Positions 9,796 through 20,467 of a stretch of 64,000 nucleotides of DNA are shown one piece after another. Where the stretch lies: positions 64,001-128,000 of the forward strand of contig JAVHQC010000035.1 in assembly GCA_036170915.1 (NCBI GenBank), read 5' to 3'. This DNA comes from Cyanobacteria bacterium auto_48_18 (GTDB lineage Bacteria > Cyanobacteriota > Vampirovibrionia > Obscuribacterales > Obscuribacteraceae). The notes beneath the pieces were generated by a model. That model saw only the letters and a program-made list of their open reading frames with translations, was not told the DNA's origin and did no database searches. A program made the position numbers and the translations under genes. Each line of letters starts with the position of its first letter. Position 1 is the stretch's first letter.

Positions 9796-11196
9796 TCAAA
9801 CAATGTGATTCTGAGGCAAAGTCACATAGAAGCAAGTACCCTGGCCATATTCACTGGTGCAGGTAATGGTGCCACCATGCAATTCGGTCAGCGCTTTGGC
9901 GATGGCCAAGCCTAAACCACTGCCGCCCTTTTTTTTGGTTTCTTCAGAGCGTACCTGGCGATAGCGATCAAATATGAAAGGCAGATGATGGGCTTCAATG
10001 CCTATGCCATGGTCTTTCACTACTATTTCAATATTGTGCCCGACGAGAGAGGCATGCAAATACACCGCACCATTTGGGTGGGAAAATTTGATGGCATTGG
10101 CCAAGAGATTGATCAAAATTTGCCCAAGGCGCTCACGGTCGGCGATTAAAATCAAACCGCATTTCTGATGCTTGAGCACCACTTTCTCTTTTTCAGCCAC
10201 AGCGCCCATCATGCTTAGTACATTGGTAAATAATTCGTCCAGGTCTACTTCTGCATACTCAAGCGAGAGCATGCCAGATTCCATTTTGTCTAAAGCGAGA
10301 AGGTCACCAGTTAGTGTCAGTAGCTTGGCGCAAGCCCGTTCGCCGCTTTGCGTGAGTTCGATGGCCTTCTCACTAAGTTGGCCATAGCCGCCGGTTTGCA
10401 GCGAAGCAAATATCAAATTGATGGTGGAAAGAGGCGAACGTATATCATGGCTGACCATATTTACTATTTGCTGGCGCATGTTTTCCGCCAGTTTGCGTTC
10501 TGATATATCTTGAATCAAACATATCCAGGTGCCTTTATCTTTCGACCACTTGATCATCCAGAAACTATCAATAATGGTGCCGCCGGCAGTTTTCATTTGC
10601 AGCTCGAGTACAGACTCGGAGGCAGAATAGCGTACTTGATAAAGTGTCTCCAGAAGCAGCTCTTGCTCAGATCCACCCAGCAGATTTAAAACGGAATTGC
10701 CCATCAACTGGCTTATTTTAAAACCGAGAAGTTTTTCTGCAGCAGGATTGATTGTTTGAATGATAAATTCACCATTGATGGCACAAATAATGGTGGCGGC
10801 ACTTTCGATTAGATCTCTTTCTCTGGCAATAGACTCGCCTAAAGCCGCAGCCATTTCATGAAAGGATTGATCGAGAGCAGCAAGCTCATCATCACCCTCT
10901 TGCAAATAGTGCAATTTTTCCTGCCGCCGCAATCTTGCCACATTGTCTGTAAGCACCATAAATCGCTCGCCTACATTTTTATAAATTCGCAAGCCGAAAA
11001 ATGCCACCAGAGCCACATTCAGAAGCAGGCTGCCGCAAACAATCATGGGCACAGTGGTTTTGGCAAATTGAATCACTTCTAAATTTTCCACCTGCGCCAG
11101 CCAGCCGAGCACAATTAGCACTGACAGGGCCTGGATAGCCTGCGGTAGGCAGATCAAAAGAATAAATTGAGTTTTTAAACTGGTCTTCCTATCCAC
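9796..11196 (-). CDS. Membrane sensor histidine kinase (2TM-HAMP-PAS-HisKA-HATPase)
   Basis: VSHDIRSPL H-box, NLLANAIKFS, DHGIGI, GSGLGLAI. Confidence 0.93.
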   Translation of the reverse strand: MDRKTSLKTQFILLICLPQAIQALSVLIVLGWLAQVENLEVIQFAKTTVPMIVCGSLLLNVALVAFFGLRIYKNVGERFMVLTDNVARLRRQEKLHYLQEGDDELAALDQSFHEMAAALGESIARERDLIESAATIICAINGEFIIQTINPAAEKLLGFKISQLMGNSVLNLLGGSEQELLLETLYQVRYSASESVLELQMKTAGGTIIDSFWMIKWSKDKGTWICLIQDISERKLAENMRQQIVNMVSHDIRSPLSTINLIFASLQTGGYGQLSEKAIELTQSGERACAKLLTLTGDLLALDKMESGMLSLEYAEVDLDELFTNVLSMMGAVAEKEKVVLKHQKCGLILIADRERLGQILINLLANAIKFSHPNGAVYLHASLVGHNIEIVVKDHGIGIEAHHLPFIFDRYRQVRSEETKKKGGSGLGLAIAKALTELHGGTITCTSEYGQGTCFYVTLPQNHIV

Positions 11197-11200
11197 TCAA

Positions 11201-11782
11201 TCATTCATCTCTATCTGTGGATTTAACTTCAGGTATCACCGGTTGGTCAACTTGGACATCTTGAGGTTCTTGCAAATCTTGCACTTCCTGTACTTTCTCT
11301 ACTTTGCGTACATTCTGTACTTTGCGCGGCGCCGGATATTTGCCGGTGGCCAGAATTAACCAGGTAGCGCGCTTCAGCTCATTAACTCGGCCGGGCTCCT
11401 GGCTTTCCTTTCTCAGAGCCTGAGAATATTGAGCGATTCTTTTGTTGCCGGAAGCAGGTTTATTTTTTAATTCAACCCAATCTTGATAGCGATACCATTG
11501 TTGTGCTTCTTGTCTTTGTAAGGCCATGCGATACAAGAGTGCATAATCTTCATTATCTGGAAAACTTCTATTTAGTGCTGCCAGAGACCTGATAGCACCT
11601 TCCATGTCGCGCCCTCTAAGCTTTTGCAAAGCCTGGGTCAAGACTCTCTCCTCTTGACTAGCCTGGTCTTCCAGGGAACTTGCGAAGACTGAAGGCAGTC
11701 CATGAAAATAGGAGAAGCAGACCAGTAGAATAGGCAAGGCATGCCCGAAGCTGCACTGTTTGGAATATTTGCTTCCCGACAC
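11201..11782 (-). CDS. Hypothetical putatively exported helical protein
   Basis: Signal-like N-terminus; TPR-like helix pair; low-complexity C-terminal tail. Confidence 0.55.
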   Translation of the reverse strand: MSGSKYSKQCSFGHALPILLVCFSYFHGLPSVFASSLEDQASQEERVLTQALQKLRGRDMEGAIRSLAALNRSFPDNEDYALLYRMALQRQEAQQWYRYQDWVELKNKPASGNKRIAQYSQALRKESQEPGRVNELKRATWLILATGKYPAPRKVQNVRKVEKVQEVQDLQEPQDVQVDQPVIPEVKSTDRDE

Positions 11783-11905
11783 CTTCAGTGGTCCTCATCG
11801 TCTATGCCACTTAGTTAATCTGCCCAAGGCCAAACACTTTGATCTTAAACAGCTTACGGCAACATTTGGCAGTTAGCATATTGCTATTCAAAGATAGCGA
11901 AAGAA

Positions 11906-14900
11906 ATGGGTAAAAAGCAGGCACTGTTGATCGAGACTCAACAATCAGAAGAAAAAATCACCACAGAGGCGTTAATGCGGCCTCGCTGGTTGATTGTGCG
12001 CTTTGTGCTGGGCTGGATTCTTTCCATCGCCATTCTTTTCATCCTGGCATTGATGATCGATATAGACTGGATGAAACCCCGGTTAGAAGCGGCAATTGGC
12101 GAAAATTTGCACCGCTCGGTAAAACTTGGGCACCTGAGATGGCACTTTGGCCTCAATGGAATCACGGTGCTAACTCGCACCCTCAAAGTTAATGAATTAG
12201 ATGGCGACCCGTTTATTCTCGCCAAGAGAAGCAATATTGGTATTGCCTTTACACCACTTTTGCAAGGCAAGTTGATTGTCAAGTTTATTCAAATAGATCA
12301 CCCTGAAATCTGGGCTGTGAAATTAAAACCCGGCGCCTGGAACTTTGAAGATCTGCTTGAGCCAACCATTGATGTTCGGTTCATCGAAGTAGATGCAGGC
12401 ACTGTGCACTTAAGCGATCAAAGCAAGGAGGCGATTTCTAAGGAATCACTCACCTTGAAAAATGTAGACTTAAAGCTCAACTGGCCGTCTCGCGGCATGA
12501 GTAGCCCACTTTACCTTTCCTTCAATACTGATACCGTCAACAAAGAAAAAATTCCCGGTCATGTGCGCTTAGACGGATTAGGGCGAGCCACCGATAAAAG
12601 TTTCGAGCGCACCAATTACACAGTCAAAGTTAATGCCACGAACCTTCAGGCCAACGACCTGAGGCGATTTATGGCTGTGGTGGGCGACGACAAACGGATG
12701 AAAGAAGCTCTTGATCCCCAGGGCCAAAATCTTTCAGTAAAAGGCATGCTCGATTTTGATGCCGAAGTTGTGGGCAGCCTCACTGATGGTTTTGCCGCCG
12801 ACATCAAAACTCACATCAAAGATTTCGTGGTGGCCTCACGAGATATGGGCAAAGTTCATACCAAAGGTATGAGTACTGCAGGGGCGGTGCAACTGACAGA
12901 TGGTTTGATCGGTTGGCAAGATCTTGATTTAAGTCTTGGTCCGCTCAAAATAAAATCCAACGGTGAGCTGCGCGACTGGAAAGAAAAAAAGGCCAGCTAC
13001 TCTGTCACCGCTAAAAGTCAGATTAACGACCTGGCTAACTTGACAAAACATATTGATATCACCGGCTACAAACAAAATGCCAAGCCGGCCGAGCAGCTCA
13101 TTCACGTTATTAAAACAGCCACTTTGAGCGGCAAAGCCTTTTTTGATCTCAAGTTCACAGGCAACGAGACTAAATCAAAAATTCTTTCAAAATTAAGAGC
13201 GGAAGGTTTACCGGTACAAGAACTGGTGCAAGCATTGGCGCCCGGATATGCTCCTTATTTAGCAATCACTGGCATCGGCCCTAATTCAGTGGTCACCGGC
13301 GTTTTTGAAGCTTTACCGGGGCGAAGAATTTCAATTAAAGACGGCCAGATTACTGTGCCTGACTCGGTAATTAAGCTCTCTGGCGAAGTTGACCTGCTCA
13401 AAGATTCTTACGACCTGACTTTCGATGCCGACAAGCTTTCGCTCAAAAAAGCCTGGAGTGCCGCACTTAATGACCCTAAAGCAAGAAAACAAATATCCAT
13501 GCGCATCAGGCGCACCAATTTAAGCACTCTATTTGTTGATGGCCTGGTGCGCGCCTCAGGCAATGTTAAAGGAAACAGGCGCAGCAATGAAGCCAACGTG
13601 GTGGCACACCTGACTAATGGTGGATTTGCCACCGCCGATCACACTCTTAATGCCAATGGCATTTCTGGTGAGGCACTGATTAACGGCACCACTCTTAAAT
13701 TCAGGAATGTTCAAGGAAAAGTGGGCGCCCTTGGGCGCTTTACCCTGACTGGTGGGGCGGTAAGACTGTTCAATCCCGGCACGGCAATAGATCTGGCTTT
13801 GCGTGGCACCAACGTCAATTTCGAAAACCTCAGTACGATCATGAATTTGTTCGAGCTCAATTTTCCTGCCATTACCGATCAACATTTAACAGGCCAGGTG
13901 CGCGAACTGGTAATTAAGCTCACCGGCCGTCCGCAAGGCCCTCAAGTTTATATGAGCGCCTCACCGGCTGATATTGCTTATCGTCCGCCCGGTCTAACCA
14001 GGCCTATTCGAGCGGTTTCAGGCAATATTCTCTATGAGCACGATAACGTCACCCTAACTGACGTGGGCATCATCACTAGAGGCATGCGGCTTACCACCAG
14101 CGTGCGCATTGAAGCACTATCTACGGTGGCGGCTCTCAAACGTGTACACGTCAAAAGTGATGGTATCGATATTGGTGATATCGATTACTATTTAAGCTCC
14201 CCTGTGCTGCCGACGCCTTTGCGCTCAGCGTATAAAAACCTGCTCAACACTTACAAAATCAAAAATCTGCACGGCAAAATTTACGGCGATGTGGTCGTAA
14301 TGCCGAAGAACAAAAAAGACTTCAATTTAGAAGGTGTACTTGGTTGCTACAGCGTTGGAGCTACGGTAAGCAGCCTTGAGGTACCCCTTGAGCGCATTGC
14401 CGGTATTCTGGCCGCTTCCGGTGACGAACTTTTGATTCAAGACATGAGCGGTTACGCGCGCTCTACTCACTTTGATCTCGACGGTTATGTGAAAAATTAC
14501 AGATCGGACCATCCCAGCTGGAAAACCGAACTGCGCTCTACTATCGCCCCTCAAGAATTTCTTGACTTGGTGCCGGCTTTAACATCCTCGATGATGAACG
14601 GGCAGTTAAAGATATACTCTGCCGGCCCCTTGCAACTGAGAGCGCAGATCGAAGGCAACAACAAGAAAAACGAAATTATTTTCTCTGCCCATGCTGATGC
14701 TGCAGACCACTTAAAACTGAGCATTCCTATATTTACCGTCAACCAGCCAGCCGGAGAGGAACTCAATCTTGATGGTTCCATGACTGTAACTAACGAAGGT
14801 TTAGAGTTACACAGCACAAACTTATTGCTGGGCGAAGCAGCAATCAAAGCGCAAGGAAACTGGATCTGGAGCTCACCGGAGCAGCCTGTAGTACTCACAG

Positions 14901-16087
14901 TTCTTTCACCAAATCCGGTGCCAGCTAAGATTCTTGTCGGTTTAATTGATCCAACATTTGACACTAAGAATCTGACCGGTACCCTTGACGGATTTATCAC
15001 TCTGGATGGCCCCGTACGCCATCCTAAACTGAGCGGAAAAATTTCACTTGATCGCATTAGTAATCCGGATTTCAATTTATTTGGTTTGACCGGCACTATT
15101 TCGGCAGACAATACGAAAAACAATAAAAGTGATCCATACGCTGTTTCGGTAGCCCATATTGATATTAATCATCTGAGACTGCAAAAGCTTTCTATCAATG
15201 ATGTGGGTGGCCTTTTACAGATCGAAAGTCAAGAAGGAAAAGACGGCAAGGTAATGGCACCACGAATTGCCATGAAAGAAGGCACTGCGCGTGTAGCCGG
15301 TGGTTTATTGAAAATGGACGGCTACGTCGACCTGGAAAAAAGGCTGACAGTCTTTAACGCACAAATGACCCAGGTGCATATGGAGGAAGTTTCTGACCGG
15401 CTTCTGGGCACCCCAGGTGAGCTCACCGGTGCCATGGACGGCGAATTACATCTAACCGCATCTGGTGGCGGCACGCCCAAAGAGTTTATAAAGCATCTAG
15501 AAGGCACAGGTGCCTTTACTATCAAAGACGGCATTGTCGCCCGCTTCGGTCAATTGCAAACTAAACTGACACAGGCTAATTTATTGCAACAAGGTATCTT
15601 AGGCTTCAATTTCAACAACTTGATGCAGAGTGTGGTGCCTGTCAGAACTGGCGAGTTCAATGAACTTAACGGCCGCTATTCGATTTATCAGGGCATGCTT
15701 AATATCAAAGAAATTCGCTTCAGCGGCGATGACTTACGTATGTGGGGAGCCGGCACTGTCAATCTTGCGGCCAATACCATTGATGTGGAAATTGCCGGCA
15801 CCATTCCCCGGGTAACGAAATCAAGGCTCGGTGGAGTCATGGGTGATCTTTCGCGCCGGGTGACTATCTCTAAATTACTCAACGCAGTCACGTTCGGACG
15901 TTTGGAAAATCTCCCTTCTTTGCCGCTATTAGGTGACATCGCTTCAGATAAACCTAGAACCTTCAGTTTTACAACTGAAGCTAATATGGCAGATGCCAAA
16001 CAAATCACTAAATCAATAGAAAAGACATTTAAGTGGCTACCGAATAAACAAGCGGCTAGTGCTCACCCTGTACCCGGTCTCAACTAA
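11906..16087 (+). CDS. AsmA-like / YhdP-TamB superfamily envelope protein
   Basis: N-terminal TM anchor, AsmA N-terminal motif (WNFEDLL), long beta-rich body, AsmA_2-like C-terminus (LEGTGAFTIKDG, GAGTVNL). Confidence 0.85.
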   Translation: MGKKQALLIETQQSEEKITTEALMRPRWLIVRFVLGWILSIAILFILALMIDIDWMKPRLEAAIGENLHRSVKLGHLRWHFGLNGITVLTRTLKVNELDGDPFILAKRSNIGIAFTPLLQGKLIVKFIQIDHPEIWAVKLKPGAWNFEDLLEPTIDVRFIEVDAGTVHLSDQSKEAISKESLTLKNVDLKLNWPSRGMSSPLYLSFNTDTVNKEKIPGHVRLDGLGRATDKSFERTNYTVKVNATNLQANDLRRFMAVVGDDKRMKEALDPQGQNLSVKGMLDFDAEVVGSLTDGFAADIKTHIKDFVVASRDMGKVHTKGMSTAGAVQLTDGLIGWQDLDLSLGPLKIKSNGELRDWKEKKASYSVTAKSQINDLANLTKHIDITGYKQNAKPAEQLIHVIKTATLSGKAFFDLKFTGNETKSKILSKLRAEGLPVQELVQALAPGYAPYLAITGIGPNSVVTGVFEALPGRRISIKDGQITVPDSVIKLSGEVDLLKDSYDLTFDADKLSLKKAWSAALNDPKARKQISMRIRRTNLSTLFVDGLVRASGNVKGNRRSNEANVVAHLTNGGFATADHTLNANGISGEALINGTTLKFRNVQGKVGALGRFTLTGGAVRLFNPGTAIDLALRGTNVNFENLSTIMNLFELNFPAITDQHLTGQVRELVIKLTGRPQGPQVYMSASPADIAYRPPGLTRPIRAVSGNILYEHDNVTLTDVGIITRGMRLTTSVRIEALSTVAALKRVHVKSDGIDIGDIDYYLSSPVLPTPLRSAYKNLLNTYKIKNLHGKIYGDVVVMPKNKKDFNLEGVLGCYSVGATVSSLEVPLERIAGILAASGDELLIQDMSGYARSTHFDLDGYVKNYRSDHPSWKTELRSTIAPQEFLDLVPALTSSMMNGQLKIYSAGPLQLRAQIEGNNKKNEIIFSAHADAADHLKLSIPIFTVNQPAGEELNLDGSMTVTNEGLELHSTNLLLGEAAIKAQGNWIWSSPEQPVVLTVLSPNPVPAKILVGLIDPTFDTKNLTGTLDGFITLDGPVRHPKLSGKISLDRISNPDFNLFGLTGTISADNTKNNKSDPYAVSVAHIDINHLRLQKLSINDVGGLLQIESQEGKDGKVMAPRIAMKEGTARVAGGLLKMDGYVDLEKRLTVFNAQMTQVHMEEVSDRLLGTPGELTGAMDGELHLTASGGGTPKEFIKHLEGTGAFTIKDGIVARFGQLQTKLTQANLLQQGILGFNFNNLMQSVVPVRTGEFNELNGRYSIYQGMLNIKEIRFSGDDLRMWGAGTVNLAANTIDVEIAGTIPRVTKSRLGGVMGDLSRRVTISKLLNAVTFGRLENLPSLPLLGDIASDKPRTFSFTTEANMADAKQITKSIEKTFKWLPNKQAASAHPVPGLN

Positions 16088-16151
16088 CGGCTGATAAACA
16101 GTCGATAGTCAGATTTGTGAAAGTTGAAGCCACCACTGGTGATGTACACGC

Positions 16152-16179
16152 TTGCCAACATTTTGCATATGTGTATGAT
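16152..16179 (+). promoter_or_regulatory. Candidate sigma70 promoter of the xer gene
   Basis: TTGCCA-N16-TATGAT with a TG extension, 7 nt before the ATG at 16187. Confidence 0.45.
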
Positions 16180-16186
16180 ATAGGCA

Positions 16187-17362
16187 ATGACACAATTGAA
16201 TAATTCTATGGCAGGGCTGACCCACATCAGCCCTAAATTTGTCTCCGCTCGCAGCGACGCAAATAGCGCTGCTGGCAGCGCCTTGCCAGTTCAAGGCGGC
16301 CAGAAGTGGCAGGCCGCCCCTTACAAAAATTTGGCGACATTGCTGCCACCATATCTGGAGCACATTCAGGCTGAACGCAGCCTTTCGCTCAACACTGTGA
16401 TTTCGTACAGAAGAGATTTGACATTTTTTGTCGCCTGGTTCAACAGCGTCAATTTTTCCGGGGCACCAGCTACAGTGCCGAGCCGGGGCGAAATTCTGCA
16501 ATATCTATCATCGCTTAAGGCCAAAGGGCAAAAACCTGCCAGTGTCACGCGCATGCTGGCCAGCCTGCGTGGCTGGTTCAGCTGGCTTAAAGATATGCAT
16601 TTTATCGCCAGAGATCCCCTGGAGCATTTTGAAAATCCACATCGAATTAAAAAACTGCCGCAAGTTTTGACCACTGAAGAAATTTCCATGCTCTTTGCCG
16701 TCAGCAGTACGGCAAGAGAGAAAGCCTTACTTGAGCTTATGTACGGCTGCGGCCTGCGTGTTTCTGAGCTGGTTGGTCTCAATGTTTCTGATTTGAATGT
16801 TGGTCATGGACTGATCAAATGCCTGGGCAAAGGCTCTAAAGAACGCATTGTGCCTATGGGCAATCAAGCCATAAACGCACTGGCACTTTATCGTGCCGAT
16901 CAGGAGGCGCGCGCAGCTGAACAGTTGAAAAAATCAGCTGACGCTCGGTTGGTTGAAGCCGCTCGGGTGGCCAAACCAGGGGCCAAAGCAAAACGAGGCA
17001 GACCACGCAAGGTAAAAGAAATTGCTGAAATGGCCGTGGCAGTAAGTAAGACTCGGCCGCGAGCAATTAAAGCTGAGCCTCTATTTAAAGATGAACAAGG
17101 TGAGAGACTTTCACGCCTGGTGGTCTGGCAAATCATCAAAAGGCTAAGTCAAAAAGCCGGTATCAAAAAGTCGATTTCACCGCACACTTTGAGGCACAGC
17201 TTCGCCACCCATCTACTTGAAAACGGTGCCGACCTGCGGGCAGTGCAAGAACTTCTAGGCCACTCGAATCTCGTCACCACCCAGCTCTACACCCATGTGT
17301 CGCGCGCACATCTAAAGAGCGCCTATACTCAAGCACAAACTAACTTTGGCCTTGCTCTATAA
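16187..17362 (+). CDS. xerD: Tyrosine recombinase XerD/XerC family
   Basis: [43 protein letters not shown]-terminal SAM-like domain. XerC versus XerD not resolved. Confidence 0.85.
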   Translation: MTQLNNSMAGLTHISPKFVSARSDANSAAGSALPVQGGQKWQAAPYKNLATLLPPYLEHIQAERSLSLNTVISYRRDLTFFVAWFNSVNFSGAPATVPSRGEILQYLSSLKAKGQKPASVTRMLASLRGWFSWLKDMHFIARDPLEHFENPHRIKKLPQVLTTEEISMLFAVSSTAREKALLELMYGCGLRVSELVGLNVSDLNVGHGLIKCLGKGSKERIVPMGNQAINALALYRADQEARAAEQLKKSADARLVEAARVAKPGAKAKRGRPRKVKEIAEMAVAVSKTRPRAIKAEPLFKDEQGERLSRLVVWQIIKRLSQKAGIKKSISPHTLRHSFATHLLENGADLRAVQELLGHSNLVTTQLYTHVSRAHLKSAYTQAQTNFGLAL

Positions 17363-17388
17363 TGGAGATTCGTTAAAGTATAGGTAGA

Positions 17389-18861
17389 TTGACCATGCGC
17401 TTGTCTTCAGGCCTGCAAATTGTTTATACGCTTTTGGCCTCGGTTTTCCTTTCTCTGGCTTTCGCATTACCACCAGCCCTGGCCCAAGCATTCAGTAACG
17501 GCAGCGAGCTGGGCATTTTCTATGCCACCACCCGCGATAACGAAGGCACCGCCGCCAGGCCATCTTACGGTAGCGGCAGGCATCTTGATTTAGGACAGGG
17601 CTCACTTGAATATGGTGTGGCACCACTTAACCGCGGCAATTTCAACTCTATTGTTGAAAGCAAAAATTGGCAGCAATTGCGCAGCGAAATGGCCAAGCGA
17701 GACACTTACTGGACCAATGCCAAAGTCGGTCAAGCGTCTAAATTGTCTGATACTGATTTTTTCAATCGTGTGAAAAACTTTCACGGCTTGATCTGTATTT
17801 ATGTTCATGGTTACGACATTACTTTTGAAGAATCAGCAAGAGAGCTGGCCGAACTGGCTGACGAATACGAAAAGCGTTCAGGGCAGCCGGTTTTCCCTAT
17901 TCTCTTTTCCTGGCCGTCTACCGGCAGTAAAGTCGACTACAGCGGCGATGAAGCCAGTTTAGAATGGTCAGCGGTGCCTTTTCGTGATTTCGTTAATCGC
18001 TTAAACAACGAAAAAAGCTCTGATTCTTCAATAGATTTATTGGCTCACTCAATGGGTTCGCGTCTGGCTTTCTGGTATGCCATGGCAGCTGCACCAACCA
18101 TTTCTTCGAGTGGCAGACAGCCTTTTCGCAATATATTTCTCTCCTGCGCCGATATTGATTATTACACTGGCGAACAGCGCAAAGATGAATTGCAAAAATG
18201 CGCTGAGAAAAACGTTTTCATTCTTACTAATGATAATGACGGACCACTGCTCACCTCTCAAGCATTACATGCTCAAACCCGACTTGGTCGCCCCGCTGAT
18301 GGTGGCATCGCCATCAGGCAAATTGTCAATCAACCGGGCGGCGCTCGTTTGCCGCGCAATGTTAACGATTTGCGCAATATGGCTACCAGTGCCAAATCAG
18401 GCGAACTCTTAAACCAAGTAGGAAATCTGCTGGCCGGCTCACAACCCTCAGTCAACAGTGGTAACAACAATAATAGTTTGGCTCAGTTTGCCCTCACTAC
18501 ATTTTTAAACAAACCTAGCTCTAGTAGCGCATCTGGTGGCTTACTTGCAGGCCCCAACACCGCTGGCAGCGCCGAATCACCAGACGTGCAGAGCTGGCTA
18601 GCCGCCAACAGCCAACTCAGTCGTGACTGGAACAGCCGAACCAAACTAATTGACGACACCGGTCTGGTGACAGTCAACATGGGTCATCGCCTAGCTTGGC
18701 CGCTCTTAGCCGGGCTGATGTTAAGCGAACCCACTCTGCCACCTTTCGTCGCCACTGTGGTGCATAAACGTCCGAGCTCTATGCTCTTGCGTGAAATGGG
18801 CGGCACTCCCACTTATCTGTATCGCTATTACAAAATCGATCTTGACCGCTTGACTAGATGA
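17389..18861 (+). CDS. Exported alpha/beta hydrolase (DUF900-like)
   Basis: Signal peptide; IFYATTR, YVHGY, FSWPS, AHSMG nucleophile elbow, RLG. Confidence 0.85.
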   Translation: MTMRLSSGLQIVYTLLASVFLSLAFALPPALAQAFSNGSELGIFYATTRDNEGTAARPSYGSGRHLDLGQGSLEYGVAPLNRGNFNSIVESKNWQQLRSEMAKRDTYWTNAKVGQASKLSDTDFFNRVKNFHGLICIYVHGYDITFEESARELAELADEYEKRSGQPVFPILFSWPSTGSKVDYSGDEASLEWSAVPFRDFVNRLNNEKSSDSSIDLLAHSMGSRLAFWYAMAAAPTISSSGRQPFRNIFLSCADIDYYTGEQRKDELQKCAEKNVFILTNDNDGPLLTSQALHAQTRLGRPADGGIAIRQIVNQPGGARLPRNVNDLRNMATSAKSGELLNQVGNLLAGSQPSVNSGNNNNSLAQFALTTFLNKPSSSSASGGLLAGPNTAGSAESPDVQSWLAANSQLSRDWNSRTKLIDDTGLVTVNMGHRLAWPLLAGLMLSEPTLPPFVATVVHKRPSSMLLREMGGTPTYLYRYYKIDLDRLTR

Positions 18862-19153
18862 ATAATTCTATTAGTAACAATTAATTGCCTCTCGGGCATG
18901 TCAATGCTCTTGATGCGATACCTTATAAGCAGGTTTTTGATGTTTTCTGTTTGATGTCGTCTTTTGAAGTCACGGCCGGTTTTGACCTCGCGCCTCTTAA
19001 ATGACCAACTAGAGCATCCATCACCAAAAAGGCTGAAGAGTTTAAAACAGCATTGCCTCCTTGAGCGGTGCCTTAAGAATCAATGTCACGATGCGACGCA
19101 CAGTGCGAGCACTCAAAGCTAAGTAAAACAAACACTTTTATCAATAAGGTAAT

Positions 19154-20458
19154 TTGATGAGTCGAAGCAAGGTAGAGGGCACCAAGATTGCCCAGGCTGC
19201 AAAAGATCTCAATGTCACCAGCGTTACAATCAGACGCTACATTCAAGAGTTCGAGATCGAGACAGCCACTGACGAAAATGGCATAAAAGTTCTTCCCGCC
19301 CAGGCTTTAGAAGAACTGCAAGAAATTCGCAAACTTAAGGAAGATGGGCTGACCAATCCTAAAGTGATGGAACAGCTGGAAGAAATGCGTTCAGCAAAAC
19401 CGGATGAGAAACCGGCTAAGGCAAAAGCAAAAGCTAAACCAGTAAAAGTTGCAGCCGCAGCAAAAGGCAAAAAAGCCGCAGTTGAAGTTGAAGCCGATGC
19501 TGATGACGAAGACGAAGAAAAAGAATCAGTTAAAGAAGAACCGGTTCGCAAAATACGTGCCACCAAAATCTTAAAAGCACAACCGGCACAGGAAGAAGAA
19601 AAAGACGAAGCCGCCGCTGATTCTGAAGGTGAAAGCGACGATGAGGAACAGTCTGGCCAGGCTGCTGCCGGCGTTGACGGTGACCGCTTCATGCACGCTT
19701 TAACTTGTCAGACTTGCAGCAAAACTTTTGAACACAATAATCCTCGCCTGAGAGATTGTCTTGAGTGCTACCGCGCCAAGCGCAAAGAAAGAAGACGTGG
19801 TGGTGGCGAGAAACACAAAAAAGTAATTGAGAATCCGCTAGCCACGCAGGTCTTAAGCAGAACCCAGTCTCCTCCTGCCGCTTCGGCTTTAGCTGCCTCA
19901 GGCGAGAGAGATGTTATTGATCGCACTTCAGATAGACCAGATAGATCAGATAGACCAGAGCGCACGGAACGTCCTGATCGACCAGATCGTGAACCTCGTC
20001 GCGATCGCTCTGATAGAGAAGGCCGCACTCCAAGTGGTAACGACAGAGCCGATCGACCTGATCGCTTAGAGCGCCCTGATCGCCCGGAAAGAGAAGGTCG
20101 TGATCGTGAAGGCCGCGCTCCAAGCGGAAACGACAGAGAGAAGCCAGGCCTGAATGGTCATGAAAGAGCAATTGCTGCTGCTTCAGCGCAAGCCTTGACT
20201 CAAGAAAAACGCACTGTAGAGCCATCTTCATGGGCTCAAATGCAAAAACCAGTGCGTTCATATCGCAAAGCCATCGAAGAAACCAGACTAATCACAGGCT
20301 CCCTGAAACGACGCCTGGAACGGCCTGACCTGCCAGAAGGCGAGCGCCGCTGGCTGGAGCAAATCTATGCTTATCAGCTGATATTGCACCAAGGGTGGAG
20401 GCACCTGGCTGAATATAAATCAGGCAGCCCGACACAAAAACCTCAGCAAGAAGATTAG
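19154..20458 (+). CDS. MerR/RacA-type HTH protein with Zn-ribbon and charged low-complexity regions
   Basis: IAQAAKDLNVTSVTIRRY HTH; CQTC..CLEC; K-rich, D/E-rich and RD/RE-rich blocks. Confidence 0.75.
   Translation: MMSRSKVEGTKIAQAAKDLNVTSVTIRRYIQEFEIETATDENGIKVLPAQALEELQEIRKLKEDGLTNPKVMEQLEEMRSAKPDEKPAKAKAKAKPVKVAAAAKGKKAAVEVEADADDEDEEKESVKEEPVRKIRATKILKAQPAQEEEKDEAAADSEGESDDEEQSGQAAAGVDGDRFMHALTCQTCSKTFEHNNPRLRDCLECYRAKRKERRRGGGEKHKKVIENPLATQVLSRTQSPPAASALAASGERDVIDRTSDRPDRSDRPERTERPDRPDREPRRDRSDREGRTPSGNDRADRPDRLERPDRPEREGRDREGRAPSGNDREKPGLNGHERAIAAASAQALTQEKRTVEPSSWAQMQKPVRSYRKAIEETRLITGSLKRRLERPDLPEGERRWLEQIYAYQLILHQGWRHLAEYKSGSPTQKPQQED
19917..20140 (+). repeat. Coding repeats (DRP/ERP units; duplicated REGR(T/A)PSGNDR)
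   Basis: gaaggccgcactccaagtggtaacgacaga versus gaaggccgcgctccaagcggaaacgacaga. Confidence 0.75.
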
Positions 20459-20467
20459 CTCACTGCC

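Noticed and set aside
16160..16190. dif-like site upstream of xer
   Set aside because: Only superficial similarity; it lacks the TTATGTTAAAT XerD arm and is better explained as a promoter.
18862..19153. ncRNA (e.g. 6S) in the long intergenic region
   Set aside because: Some complementary segments exist, but I could not support a family consensus or a convincing fold by eye.
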